The notes below the pieces were generated by a model. That model was not told the origin of the DNA and did no database searches. It was given only the letters and a program-made list of their open reading frames with translations. Source: an uncultured Bacillales bacterium (lineage in GTDB: Bacteria; Bacillota_I; Bacilli_A; RFN20; CAG-288). Taken from it: 64,000 bases of DNA. The number at the start of each line of letters is the position of its first letter. The first letter of the stretch is position 1. This document shows positions 37,858-47,833 of the stretch, piece by piece. The position numbers and the translations under genes are program-made. The stretch is taken from assembly GCA_949287425.1 (NCBI GenBank), contig CASEGJ010000005.1, forward strand, positions 82,955 through 146,954, written 5' to 3'.

Positions 37858-39078
37858 TTAAATTTGGTTATCTTCTTTTTTAATATCTTCAATATATCTA
37901 GTCATATCGAATTTTTCAGTCTTTAAATTTTCTTTCCATTTTAAATTATTATTGGAAATCTTAGATATCTTTTTTAAAGAAGCTCTATTTTTAAAAAGAT
38001 TTAGAAAACTAAAAACAATTGCTAAAAACAACAAACACGCAAATAATATTGTTAAAAAATAGTGAAACTTTAACTTGCTAATTAAAGCCAAAGTTAAAAA
38101 CACGACACTTAAAATAAAACACAAGCTAGCTAACAAAGTAGATGTCACAAACTTAGAATTAGCTTTTTTAGCCTTATTAATTAATATATTAATTGAAATA
38201 GTTGGGCTTTTTGAATGATGTAGTGCTTGATTTAAAGCGATAAAATCTATTTTAGACAATTTTAAATTAGTATTGTTATTAGTTTTAATTTTTGATTTAT
38301 CTAAATTAAGATAAATAGATTTTCCATTTTGATCTTCTAATAAAGCTAAGTTAGATTCTCTATCAAAAACTACATATTTAAAATTGTCTATAGGATAATA
38401 TATATCATCGACTAAAAAATATTCATCGACTAAAGCTAAATTAAAAAAGCCTTGATTTTCAATATAACCTTTATCGTAACTTGGTAAATCGAATTCTAAA
38501 TCAATTTTCTTATTTCCACATTTTAAATTTGATAAATAACTAGTTATGTTATTTAAATTAGAAAAAGTATATTCGATATTTAATTTATCTTCTTGATATG
38601 TCAATTCCTCATTTGTAAACAATATTACTGAATATATTTGAGTGGATCTAATTTTTATATTCAAATTAGAAAAATATCTAATTAACTGTTTTTTAAATTT
38701 TTTCATTTTCAAATATGGATTTTCTCTAGTAACAGTTAATTTTTCGTCATTTTTAGAATATGTTAAACTAACTTCTTTTTTAGATTTATATTTTAACTCG
38801 CCTAAATAGTTACATTTTTGGACTAAAACTAAATTATCTTTAACAATTAAAACATAGTCCATTTTTACTATATTATTCCCTTTAGAATTAAATAAAATTA
38901 CATCCTTAAAACACTTGTCGGAATTTTTATCTAACAAATCAAAAATAGTACTATTTCTATTGTATTCCTCTTCAGAAATATTAAATGAGGTATAAGAATT
39001 AAATGTCAGATAATTATCTGCTTTATTCAATTTATCTAACTGAATTACACAATCTTCTTTTTTTAAACTCAAATCCAT
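37858..39078 (-). CDS. NERD (nuclease-related domain) protein with C-terminal transmembrane segments
   Basis: KMDYVLIVKDNLVLVQKCNYLGEL resembles the NERD core (hhDhlhh..ghhhhE.KN..G); two hydrophobic helices near the C-terminus; 31 nt upstream of the RNase lipoprotein gene on the same strand. Confidence 0.4.
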   Translation of the reverse strand: MDLSLKKEDCVIQLDKLNKADNYLTFNSYTSFNISEEEYNRNSTIFDLLDKNSDKCFKDVILFNSKGNNIVKMDYVLIVKDNLVLVQKCNYLGELKYKSKKEVSLTYSKNDEKLTVTRENPYLKMKKFKKQLIRYFSNLNIKIRSTQIYSVILFTNEELTYQEDKLNIEYTFSNLNNITSYLSNLKCGNKKIDLEFDLPSYDKGYIENQGFFNLALVDEYFLVDDIYYPIDNFKYVVFDRESNLALLEDQNGKSIYLNLDKSKIKTNNNTNLKLSKIDFIALNQALHHSKSPTISINILINKAKKANSKFVTSTLLASLCFILSVVFLTLALISKLKFHYFLTILFACLLFLAIVFSFLNLFKNRASLKKISKISNNNLKWKENLKTEKFDMTRYIEDIKKEDNQI

Positions 39079-39190
39079 AACTACATAGTATTATAAGGCA
39101 TTGTTAAGCAAAAAAAGAATAATTTCCTTGTAAATTCTTCCTTAGTTATGTTAATATAAATCGGTATGTGAAAGGAGTGAATTATTTTAT

Positions 39191-39457
39191 ATGGCACAAA
39201 TTAAGTCACAAATGAAAAGAATCCTCACAAATGAAAAAGCTCACGTTGCTAATTCTCAACAAAAATCTGCAGTTAGAACTTCTATTAAGAAAGTCAAACT
39301 CGCTGTTGAAGCTAAAGATTTAGCTAAGGCTGAAGAATTGTTAGCTAAAGCTACCTCTTTAATCGATAAAAGCGTCAGTGATGGTATTCAAAAGCAAAAT
39401 ACTGCTAATCGTCAAAAAGCCAGCTTAAACAAATTAGTTAACACTTTACGCGCTTAA
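39191..39457 (+). CDS. rpsT: 30S ribosomal protein S20
   Basis: 88 aa, MAQIKSQMKRILTNEK..., GAAAGGAG RBS. Confidence 0.9.
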   Translation: MAQIKSQMKRILTNEKAHVANSQQKSAVRTSIKKVKLAVEAKDLAKAEELLAKATSLIDKSVSDGIQKQNTANRQKASLNKLVNTLRA

Positions 39458-39484
39458 TTAATTTAATTTTACTTTATAAACTAA

Positions 39485-39516
39485 CTACTAAGCTTTTTGT
39501 CTTAGTAGTTTTTTTA
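39485..39516 (+). terminator. intrinsic terminator after rpsT (overlaps the holA stop on the opposite strand)
   Basis: ACTACTAAG-ctttttgt-CTTAGTAGT followed by TTTTTTTATTT. Confidence 0.65.
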
Positions 39517-40500
39517 TTTGTGAAAATAATTCTTTCTAAAGTTCAAAATAAAAATTTCTAATCTGTCGTTAGGGTTATCTAAATCAAACTTAATATTAAC
39601 TTCTATTTCGTGAAGATCAACCATCATATTTAAAATATCGTTTGATGTAAAATTACCTAATGATTTTTTAGCATAATACACTTTACCTGACTTGCATTTT
39701 AACTGATTAGCTATTTGATCGTTAGAAAGATGCTCTTCAGTTAACTTGCTAACTTCATATAAAAATTCAAATTGACTGGCAAATACAGGTATTAAACTAA
39801 CTGGATAGTTTCCTTTTGAAATCAAATCTCTATATGAGTGAATAGCGTCTTTTATCAAAAACTTAAACAGATCGTTAACAATAACAAAAATATCATCCTC
39901 CAATTTAGGGGCGACTAACACATTTACATCTTCAATTCTAATTTTATTGGTATAACACATCAATTTATCTAAAGTGTTAATCATCAATGTATAATCGTTA
40001 TTAGTTCTTTTAACGACTTCCAAGATAGCATCTTTAGATATTTCTGCTAAATTATTTCCAACATATGAAATACCTATATTAACTAAATCATCGCTTGTTT
40101 TAGTTTGAATATTTTCAATTTTAGCATTTTGTTTTAACAGTTTAATTAATTTGTTAGAAGATTCTGAATTTAACTTACCTAAGCTAGTTAAATAAAGATC
40201 ACATTCTGGATTTTGATTAGCGACATATTTTTCCAAACTAGTAAAATCCATCTTAGAGCGCCAACTAGCAATTGCTGGAGCTTGATCAGATAAGAAATAA
40301 CAATTATAACAAATAACTACTTTCATACTATCAAAAAAAGAAGTTTGGGTTGCAGAATCAATAGCATCTTGAATAAGTTGATTATACATATCAAAACTTT
40401 GGACATTAAACTCGTTAACTTCAATGCCTTTATCTTTGATGTTTTTATAAATAGCTTGTTTCAATAAATTTGAATCGCTAGAAGAAATTACATAAATCAT
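39514..40500 (-). CDS. holA: DNA polymerase III subunit delta
   Basis: 328 aa, size and N-terminal pattern (MIYVISSSDSNLLKQAIYK) typical of low-GC Gram-positive HolA. Confidence 0.7.
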   Translation of the reverse strand: MIYVISSSDSNLLKQAIYKNIKDKGIEVNEFNVQSFDMYNQLIQDAIDSATQTSFFDSMKVVICYNCYFLSDQAPAIASWRSKMDFTSLEKYVANQNPECDLYLTSLGKLNSESSNKLIKLLKQNAKIENIQTKTSDDLVNIGISYVGNNLAEISKDAILEVVKRTNNDYTLMINTLDKLMCYTNKIRIEDVNVLVAPKLEDDIFVIVNDLFKFLIKDAIHSYRDLISKGNYPVSLIPVFASQFEFLYEVSKLTEEHLSNDQIANQLKCKSGKVYYAKKSLGNFTSNDILNMMVDLHEIEVNIKFDLDNPNDRLEIFILNFRKNYFHK

Positions 40501-40502
40501 AA

Positions 40503-42167
40503 CTATATATCCATTTCAAATAAAAATTTAACTTTATTAAATGACATTTTATAAAATAGAATTCCAATTCCTATGTATATAAAACTCGATATTATATATC
40601 CTATATAAAATAAACTTGGATTAATAAAATAAAATAACAAAGTTAATCCCCAGCTGACAATTGGGAAAATTAAGCTCAAAAATGTTATTGCTAATGCCCC
40701 CATACCTTTTTGAATATCAGCGCTTGATTGCATATTAAAATTAACAAACTTGCAACCACAATAAAAAGAAAACACATTGCTAGCTTGAGAAATAATTACA
40801 GTTAAAATCGTCAAAAATATCAAATTTAAAATCGGAAATCTAAAGATAGAAGAAAATACGATACTAACCACAATAGAAGCTATTAAATTAATTAATCCAC
40901 CAGGAATCATTTTAGAGATTATATATTTTTGCCTATTGATAGGCAATGTTTTTAAATAAGCAAAACTACTTCCTTCTAAAGATAAATTTATATACGATGA
41001 AAATGGATTAAATATACATATAATCCATAACATTGAACATACCATTTCAATTATAGGTGATATATTATTATCTTTAGTAGAAACAAAATAAGTTAAACAG
41101 ATAGAAACAGATATCGTAGCAAGTGTTGAAATCAACGTAATTAAACAGCTAATTAAACTAGAAGGATTAGCTTTTAATAAATTAAACTCACGTTTAAGAT
41201 AGATGGTTAATTCTTTTCTTTGTTTAAAACTAATATCGATTTTTCTTTCAAAATCACGCCCTTTTAACTGCTTTTTATTCTTTTTAGCGCTGTTATTTAA
41301 ATTCTTAATATATAACTTGTTTGAAAGAATAATTCCACATATTATTACAACAACATCAATAATAAACCCATATAGCCAATTCCAATAATAACTTGAATTG
41401 TATAATAGCATCGATTTACTTGGAATAATTCCCGACCAGTTGATTATTAAAGAGAATTTATAATACGTATTTAATTCAGACATGACATTAGCTAAATTTT
41501 CAGTGTTTGTTAGTTCATAATCGACACTTGGGGTAGTTATTGAAACCATCGCTAAACTAAATGCGCCTATTAAAAAACAAACCATGGAAAACATAGAAGC
41601 ATAAGTCTTATTGGCTGAAAATGATTTAATTAATGAAAATAAATTAGCTATTATAAATGCCAAAAAAGAAATCGTCAATATTAAAGATAAAAAGATAGCG
41701 ATAGCCATTATATAGCTATACCAAGGCAATTTTAAAACAAAACAACAAGCTAATAACTGAGCTAAAATTAAATTGCCACCATATAAAAAACTAAAAATGA
41801 CATTTAAACATCCTCTTGCTAAAAATAACCGCGTTCCTGAAATTGGTAAAGCCAATAAAAAATCAGATTTTGGATCAAAATAAATCTGAGGAATATATCC
41901 TAAAGCAAAAAAGAAACAATATATTATTGAAAAGCTAAGTGAAGTTTGCAAAAACTTTTCAATTATTAAATTATCGGCTTCTAAACTTCTATATGTAGTT
42001 AAAGCGTTAATAAATAAAGAACCGAAAACAACAAAAATCAATAAAGAGGCAATAAATTGAGGAATTGCTAAAGAACCTTTGATTGGTTTATTGGATTTTT
42101 TGGTTCTATTAGATGTAGCTAATGAACATGAATATATAGCTTTTACTAAAAAGATAAAATTTTTCAT
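40503..42167 (-). CDS. ABC transporter permease (large polytopic, ABC-2-like)
   Basis: 554 aa, >10 hydrophobic segments; ATG overlaps the stop of the upstream ATPase gene. Confidence 0.6.
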   Translation of the reverse strand: MKNFIFLVKAIYSCSLATSNRTKKSNKPIKGSLAIPQFIASLLIFVVFGSLFINALTTYRSLEADNLIIEKFLQTSLSFSIIYCFFFALGYIPQIYFDPKSDFLLALPISGTRLFLARGCLNVIFSFLYGGNLILAQLLACCFVLKLPWYSYIMAIAIFLSLILTISFLAFIIANLFSLIKSFSANKTYASMFSMVCFLIGAFSLAMVSITTPSVDYELTNTENLANVMSELNTYYKFSLIINWSGIIPSKSMLLYNSSYYWNWLYGFIIDVVVIICGIILSNKLYIKNLNNSAKKNKKQLKGRDFERKIDISFKQRKELTIYLKREFNLLKANPSSLISCLITLISTLATISVSICLTYFVSTKDNNISPIIEMVCSMLWIICIFNPFSSYINLSLEGSSFAYLKTLPINRQKYIISKMIPGGLINLIASIVVSIVFSSIFRFPILNLIFLTILTVIISQASNVFSFYCGCKFVNFNMQSSADIQKGMGALAITFLSLIFPIVSWGLTLLFYFINPSLFYIGYIISSFIYIGIGILFYKMSFNKVKFLFEMDI

Positions 42168-42889
42168 TACTCTTTTGTCAACTCCAAAAACAAAGCCTCC
42201 AATGACTTATCTTGTTCGTGTTGAAGGTTTCTCAACTCATCCAAAGTCCCAACAAAAGCCAATTTGCCTTTTGAAATAATTCCTATTCGATCACAGACTT
42301 TTTCTGCGACATCTAAGACGTGAGTTGAAAATAAAACCGCTTTATTAGAATGAGCGATATCTTTCATTTTTTCTTTGATATTAAAAGCAGCTTCAGGATC
42401 TAGACCAGTTAAAGGTTCATCTAAAATCCAGTTTTTAGGATTATGTAACAAGGACCCAATTAAAAATATCTTTTGTCGCATTCCATGAGAATAATTAACA
42501 ATATAGTTATTTAAATCATCGTAAAGATTAAACTCTTTCGCTAATTCAATTCCTTCTTCTTTGGCAATATTTAAATTCAAATTGTATACTGAAGCGATAA
42601 AGGAAAGATAATCAGCTCCAGTCATTCCTAAAAACATATCTGGACTATCAGGAACAAATCCATTTAGCATCTTAGCTTTAGTTGGTTCTTTTTGCATAGA
42701 AAAACCATCGATAAAAATTTCACCTTCACTAGGAGATAATATCCCGGTAATCATTTTTAAACTCGTTGATTTTCCCGCCCCATTTGGGCCTAATAAGCCG
42801 AAAATTTCACCATCGTTAATAGTTAAATTCAACTTGTTAACAGCAATGAGATTTCCAAATGACTTACTGATATTTTTTAATTCAATCAT
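42167..42889 (-). CDS. ABC transporter ATP-binding protein
   Basis: GPNGAGKST Walker A, LSGGMRQK-like signature, ILDEPLTGLD Walker B. Confidence 0.85.
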   Translation of the reverse strand: MIELKNISKSFGNLIAVNKLNLTINDGEIFGLLGPNGAGKSTSLKMITGILSPSEGEIFIDGFSMQKEPTKAKMLNGFVPDSPDMFLGMTGADYLSFIASVYNLNLNIAKEEGIELAKEFNLYDDLNNYIVNYSHGMRQKIFLIGSLLHNPKNWILDEPLTGLDPEAAFNIKEKMKDIAHSNKAVLFSTHVLDVAEKVCDRIGIISKGKLAFVGTLDELRNLQHEQDKSLEALFLELTKE

Positions 42890-42892
42890 TTT

Positions 42893-43405
42893 TTAAAATA
42901 ACATATCCTTAATTTTTTCAACTGGATATAATGGCTCATCAATAACTTCCATTTTTTCAATGATGACATTTTCAATAGGAGCGTCGTTTCTATCGACTTT
43001 AACACTTGCTATCTTATCTAAAACATCAAAGCCATTAACTAATTTGCCAAAAGCAGCATATTGGCCATCTAAATGAGGCGAATCTTTATGGCAAATGAAA
43101 AATTGAGAAGTACCAGAATCAGGAATATAAGTTCTAGCCATAGAAATTACACCTCTAGTATGTTTTAAATTATTATCAACACCATTAGATTTAAATTCAC
43201 CTTTAATAACGTAATCTAAAAATTTTTGATGTGGTTCACCATCTCCACCTTGAATCATAAAATCTTTAATAATTCTGTGGAATTCTAAACCGTCGTAAAA
43301 ACCAGAATGAGCTAACATAACAAAATTGCTAGCGGTATTTTTAGCGTTATTATAATCCATTTCTACTTCCATAACACCGTAATTTTTGACGTAAATTTTA
43401 ACCAT
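42893..43405 (-). CDS. ppiB: peptidyl-prolyl cis-trans isomerase, cyclophilin type
   Basis: Start MVKIYVKNYGVMEVEM with AAGGAG RBS; cyclophilin motifs FHRIIKDFMIQGGD and GTSQFFI. Confidence 0.85.
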   Translation of the reverse strand: MVKIYVKNYGVMEVEMDYNNAKNTASNFVMLAHSGFYDGLEFHRIIKDFMIQGGDGEPHQKFLDYVIKGEFKSNGVDNNLKHTRGVISMARTYIPDSGTSQFFICHKDSPHLDGQYAAFGKLVNGFDVLDKIASVKVDRNDAPIENVIIEKMEVIDEPLYPVEKIKDMLF

Positions 43406-43443
43406 ATTTCTTCTCCTTAAACCAATATTTATTTTACTACATC

Positions 43444-46242
43444 TTAAGTTTCTATAAAACACTTTACAGGGTCTTGCTTACTAGCTTTTAACGAAGGAAT
43501 TAAAGCTGAAATAAACGTTATCAAAATAGAAATAGCTAAAATAATTAAACAATGCGTAAATTGTAAATCTGCAATATTACCGGTGTTATAACTTGGATAA
43601 TAATAAGAAATTAAATAGTTGATTGGAAAAGTCAAAACATATGTAAATAAACACGCTACTATTCCTGAAACAAAACCTAACAGTATCGTTTCAGTTTCAA
43701 ATATCATCACAATATCTTTCTTTCTAGCACCTATAGATCTAAATAAACCTATTTCTTTTTTTCTTTCTAAAACATTATTCATAGTTAATAAACTAGTCAT
43801 TGAGCAAGATACTATTAAAGAAACACAGGCGAAAATAATTAAAATGACAGAAACTAAAGATATCATTGAACCGACATCTTCAATAATGTAACTATTTGTC
43901 AGTTCAGAATAAAATATTCTCTCTTGTTGATTGCTAGCATGGTCAAAGCTACATGATTCATCTATCTGGTTATATTCTTTTAACTTATCTAAAAGTAAAC
44001 TTCTCGTTTCTAAATCATATGGAAAAATAACTACTGATTGTATATTAGAATACGCATTAATATAACAGTAAATTGAAAACAAGTATCTATACGCTAAATT
44101 AATTTCAGATACATTGTTACTAGAAAATAAATTCACTATCTTAGTTATATAGTTTTTTAAGCTTGAAATATCAGTTAAATCCAAAGATTTAATTTCATCG
44201 ATAATTAAATCTACTCCCAATTTATTAGCTTGAGAAGCTAAATATGAAAAGCCATAATAAGCCTGAGAAGAATCTAAAGAAAAGCAAACGAAATATTTAG
44301 ATATCAACTTGTTAAAATCATCGATAGGTAAACTTGAATCACTAGAAGAAAATTGTAAATATAAATCGTATAATTCTTCTCCAAATTTTATTAGTCCTTC
44401 CTGAGGAGAAAGTTTATTGTCATTTTCATCAACTAAACTATCTAATATTGAAATGTTGTTAGTAGCATTTAAATTAATATCGCTAGTTTTATTAATTGAG
44501 AGATGTTTTTCTAATAAACTTGGTAAAAAGCATAAACTAGGTGACATACTTGAATAATTTGAATCTTTTTTCGGACGTAAAATACCGACAATTTTTAAAG
44601 TTTCACCTTTATTAGATAAATAATTAGTTTCAGCATCAGCTTTTTTATAGCGTTTAATTTCTCTTTTGTATACTTCATCATCAGCAAGATATGTTAAAGA
44701 ATTTAGACTATCATATGTATAAACTTCGCTATTTGAAAATATCTTATATTCTTTAGAAAGTACATCTTCAAAACTGATTGGAGTTACTTTTGTTTCTAAA
44801 TTTAAATTTTGTACATCATCTTGAGTATCGTTTTGATTATAAAAGCCGAGGTTTTGTAATATTTCAAAATCGATAGAATTATATTTGTCAGTAACTAAAA
44901 CAAGCTCATTTTCGTTTTTGGGAAATTCCCCTGCTATTAAATCATATTGCTGTAAATCCCCGTAAAGTTCATGAAAGATATTTGTCGGTAAATTTGAAAG
45001 ATTAGCAATGGAATTATAACTAGCTGAAATAGAGGTATTAACATAGTTATACCCACCTAAATTTTTATTATCGATAGAATTTGGAAAATTTGTAACTAGA
45101 TTAAAAGAATAGCTATTTCCATAGTTAACAGTATAGCTTTTTATCAAATTTTCACTTTGTAAATAATCCAAGTAATTAAAATACTTTGAAGAAAACTGAT
45201 TTAAAGTATAAGAATAATTATTAGAAGCATCGACTTTAGGATAGATTTCTTGATTAGAAGGATATTCTACTCCTGAATTATAATCTCCATAACTAGTATC
45301 ATCATAATTTCTTGAATAAGCATTAGCGACAATAGGTAAACTTGATGCTGAAGATTGCGATAATTTTGCTGAATAATTGCTAAAACCAAAATTTAACGCT
45401 AAGAAAAAACCTATTCCTATCATTCCAAATGAATTAGCGATACTAGTAAGAATAGTTTTCCATTTTTTATTAAAAAGATTTCTAAAAGCTAGTTTTAACA
45501 TCAATATAAAAGAAAGAGCTTTGTTAGTATAATTATCATCTTGATTTAAATTGTCTTCCCTTAAATTTTCTTTTCTATCTATATTAGAAATTTTTCCATC
45601 TTCTAAATATATAATGCTATCTGCGTATTTATTAGCTAGTTCATAATTATGCGTAACTAAAATAACTAGCTTATCTTTTGATAATCTTTTTAAAATTTCT
45701 AAAACGAGTTTTGAATTTTTAGAATCTAAAGCCCCTGTTGGTTCATCAGCTAAAATCACTTTAGGTGAAGTAACAATCGCCCTAGCGATAGCGACTCTTT
45801 GTGCTTGTCCACCTGATAATTCGTTAACTTTCTTGTCTTTTTGATCTAATAAACCAACTTCTTTTAATGCTGAATCAATTAATTTATCAGTTTCTAATTT
45901 AGAATATCCCCTTAAATTTAAACCTAATTCGACATTTTCTTTAACGTTTAATTGAGGGATTAGATAATAATTTTGAAAAATAAAACCTACTATATTATTT
46001 CTATAGGCATCTTTTTCTTTACTAGAAATATTTTTTAACGATAGACCATTATAAAAAATATCACCTGAAGTAATACTATCTAAACCACCTATTAAATTCA
46101 ATAACGTGGTTTTTCCACATCCAGAAGGGCCTAAAATACAAAATAATCCTCTACTAGGAAAATTAATAGAAATATCGTTTAATGCTCTAAAATTAGTTTT
46201 ATCGCTTTTATAATCTTTAACTAAATTTTTAATCTCAATCAT
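43444..46242 (-). CDS. fused ABC transporter ATPase + FtsX/MacB-type permease with large extracytoplasmic domain
   Basis: N-terminal GPSGCGKTT, LSGGQAQRVAIARA, ILADEPTGALD; C-terminal four-TM FtsX-like region; 932 aa. Confidence 0.8.
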   Translation of the reverse strand: MIEIKNLVKDYKSDKTNFRALNDISINFPSRGLFCILGPSGCGKTTLLNLIGGLDSITSGDIFYNGLSLKNISSKEKDAYRNNIVGFIFQNYYLIPQLNVKENVELGLNLRGYSKLETDKLIDSALKEVGLLDQKDKKVNELSGGQAQRVAIARAIVTSPKVILADEPTGALDSKNSKLVLEILKRLSKDKLVILVTHNYELANKYADSIIYLEDGKISNIDRKENLREDNLNQDDNYTNKALSFILMLKLAFRNLFNKKWKTILTSIANSFGMIGIGFFLALNFGFSNYSAKLSQSSASSLPIVANAYSRNYDDTSYGDYNSGVEYPSNQEIYPKVDASNNYSYTLNQFSSKYFNYLDYLQSENLIKSYTVNYGNSYSFNLVTNFPNSIDNKNLGGYNYVNTSISASYNSIANLSNLPTNIFHELYGDLQQYDLIAGEFPKNENELVLVTDKYNSIDFEILQNLGFYNQNDTQDDVQNLNLETKVTPISFEDVLSKEYKIFSNSEVYTYDSLNSLTYLADDEVYKREIKRYKKADAETNYLSNKGETLKIVGILRPKKDSNYSSMSPSLCFLPSLLEKHLSINKTSDINLNATNNISILDSLVDENDNKLSPQEGLIKFGEELYDLYLQFSSSDSSLPIDDFNKLISKYFVCFSLDSSQAYYGFSYLASQANKLGVDLIIDEIKSLDLTDISSLKNYITKIVNLFSSNNVSEINLAYRYLFSIYCYINAYSNIQSVVIFPYDLETRSLLLDKLKEYNQIDESCSFDHASNQQERIFYSELTNSYIIEDVGSMISLVSVILIIFACVSLIVSCSMTSLLTMNNVLERKKEIGLFRSIGARKKDIVMIFETETILLGFVSGIVACLFTYVLTFPINYLISYYYPSYNTGNIADLQFTHCLIILAISILITFISALIPSLKASKQDPVKCFIET

Positions 46243-46259
46243 AATATGATTTTAACATA

Positions 46260-46829
46260 TTAAACAGTTAATTTTTTATATATCGGATACAAATACATCA
46301 ATAAAATACCCGCTATTACACCATTGATAGTGCCTTGAATTAAATTAAAAGCAAAATCTAAAAATAAAACATAGACTATATTGCTAGGAATTTCCATATT
46401 AGGAAGATAAACATACTGTAAATAATCAGGTAACATATATAAACCTGCCATAATAATTCCACCGATAATAAAACAAATTACACTTATTAAACAATCTTTT
46501 AACTTAATTTCTTCTTTTCTAACTAACAATTTAAATAGATAACCCGCTATTAAACCTTCTATAAATTTAATAAAGAAAGTAAAAGGTGCATAAAAAGCAT
46601 AACCTAAATATAAATCTGAAAGTGAAGAAGAAATCCCACCTACTAATCCACCGACAATAGGATTAACTAAACTAGCCATTAAAAAGACAAATAAATCAGA
46701 AAAGTTTAAATATCCACCAAAACCGATAGGTATAGCGATAAAAGAAGTAAAAATAAATTCTAAAGCTGCAAAAACAGCGATAATAGTAATATTGTAAATA
46801 AATTTCTTTTTAGTTAAAGATTTCATCAT
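46260..46829 (-). CDS. ECF-transporter S-component-like membrane protein (FolT/ThiW/QueT-like size and topology)
   Basis: 189 aa, ~6 TM helices, Gly-rich helix (GGLVGGISS). ATGA overlap with upstream fmt. Confidence 0.4.
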   Translation of the reverse strand: MMKSLTKKKFIYNITIIAVFAALEFIFTSFIAIPIGFGGYLNFSDLFVFLMASLVNPIVGGLVGGISSSLSDLYLGYAFYAPFTFFIKFIEGLIAGYLFKLLVRKEEIKLKDCLISVICFIIGGIIMAGLYMLPDYLQYVYLPNMEIPSNIVYVLFLDFAFNLIQGTINGVIAGILLMYLYPIYKKLTV

Positions 46830-47761
46830 TTTAGCACCTCATTTTGAAAGTTGTTATTTCCGTTAAAAAATTCTTTGTTAGTCAGTTTATTTTTACCGGG
46901 TTTTTGTAAAATTTCTAATCTAACTGTACCTTTTTCTAACTGAAGAACAATTTCACTTTTGTTAGCTATAATAATTTCTCCTATTTTTCCATTAGTAGAA
47001 TAATCTTTAACACTAGCTTTATAAATTTTTAGTTTACTAAAATCATTTAACAATAAATATCCACCTGGAATCTCAGCTAAACTTCTCACTTGATTGACAA
47101 AACTAACTGGATCTTGATTGAGATTTAAATGTTCATCTTCTTTTGAAATCATATAAGCGTAAATTAATCCTTCCTCACTTTGAGGTTGAGGAACTAATTT
47201 ATTTTCAAAATATAACGGCAAATATTCATTTACCATATCGCATGCTAAATTAGCTAACCTTAAAGATAAACTAGTATAGTTATCATCTTCATTAATATCT
47301 ATTTCTTTAGAAGCGTATATATCACCAGCATCGAGTTTTTTTACCATTTCCATCATACAGATACCAGTCTTTTTATCTCCGTATCTTAAAGCGTATTGAA
47401 TTGGCGAAGCTCCTCTAAATCTAGGCAATAAAGAAGCGTGGAGATTTAATGGTTTATATTTAGATAAAGAAAGAACCTCGTCTGAAATAATTTGACCATA
47501 AGCAAAAGTTAGTAGTAAATCAGGTTTAATCTCTTTAAGAAAATCAAATTCCCTATTTAATTTTGCTGGCTTATAACAAGGGATATTATATTTGCTAGCT
47601 ATATTGCTAACTTCTGAAGGAGTAAGAATATTTTTTCTACCTCTTCTTTTATCTTCTTGAGTAATTACTGCGACGATATTAAAACCACTTTTTATCATGC
47701 TTTCTAATAAATAAGCTGATATATATGGTGTTCCTAAAAATACGATTTTTTTATCTAACAT
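46826..47761 (-). CDS. fmt: methionyl-tRNA formyltransferase
   Basis: KIVFLGTPYISAYLLESMIKSGFNIVAVITQEDKRRGRK..., HASLLPRFRGASPIQ formyltransferase motif. Confidence 0.85.
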   Translation of the reverse strand: MLDKKIVFLGTPYISAYLLESMIKSGFNIVAVITQEDKRRGRKNILTPSEVSNIASKYNIPCYKPAKLNREFDFLKEIKPDLLLTFAYGQIISDEVLSLSKYKPLNLHASLLPRFRGASPIQYALRYGDKKTGICMMEMVKKLDAGDIYASKEIDINEDDNYTSLSLRLANLACDMVNEYLPLYFENKLVPQPQSEEGLIYAYMISKEDEHLNLNQDPVSFVNQVRSLAEIPGGYLLLNDFSKLKIYKASVKDYSTNGKIGEIIIANKSEIVLQLEKGTVRLEILQKPGKNKLTNKEFFNGNNNFQNEVLK

Positions 47762-47833
47762 TATTTTCTCCTATAACACTTTATTATTATAAACTATTAA
47801 AATATATTTGCTATATTAAAAGAAAGGTCACAT

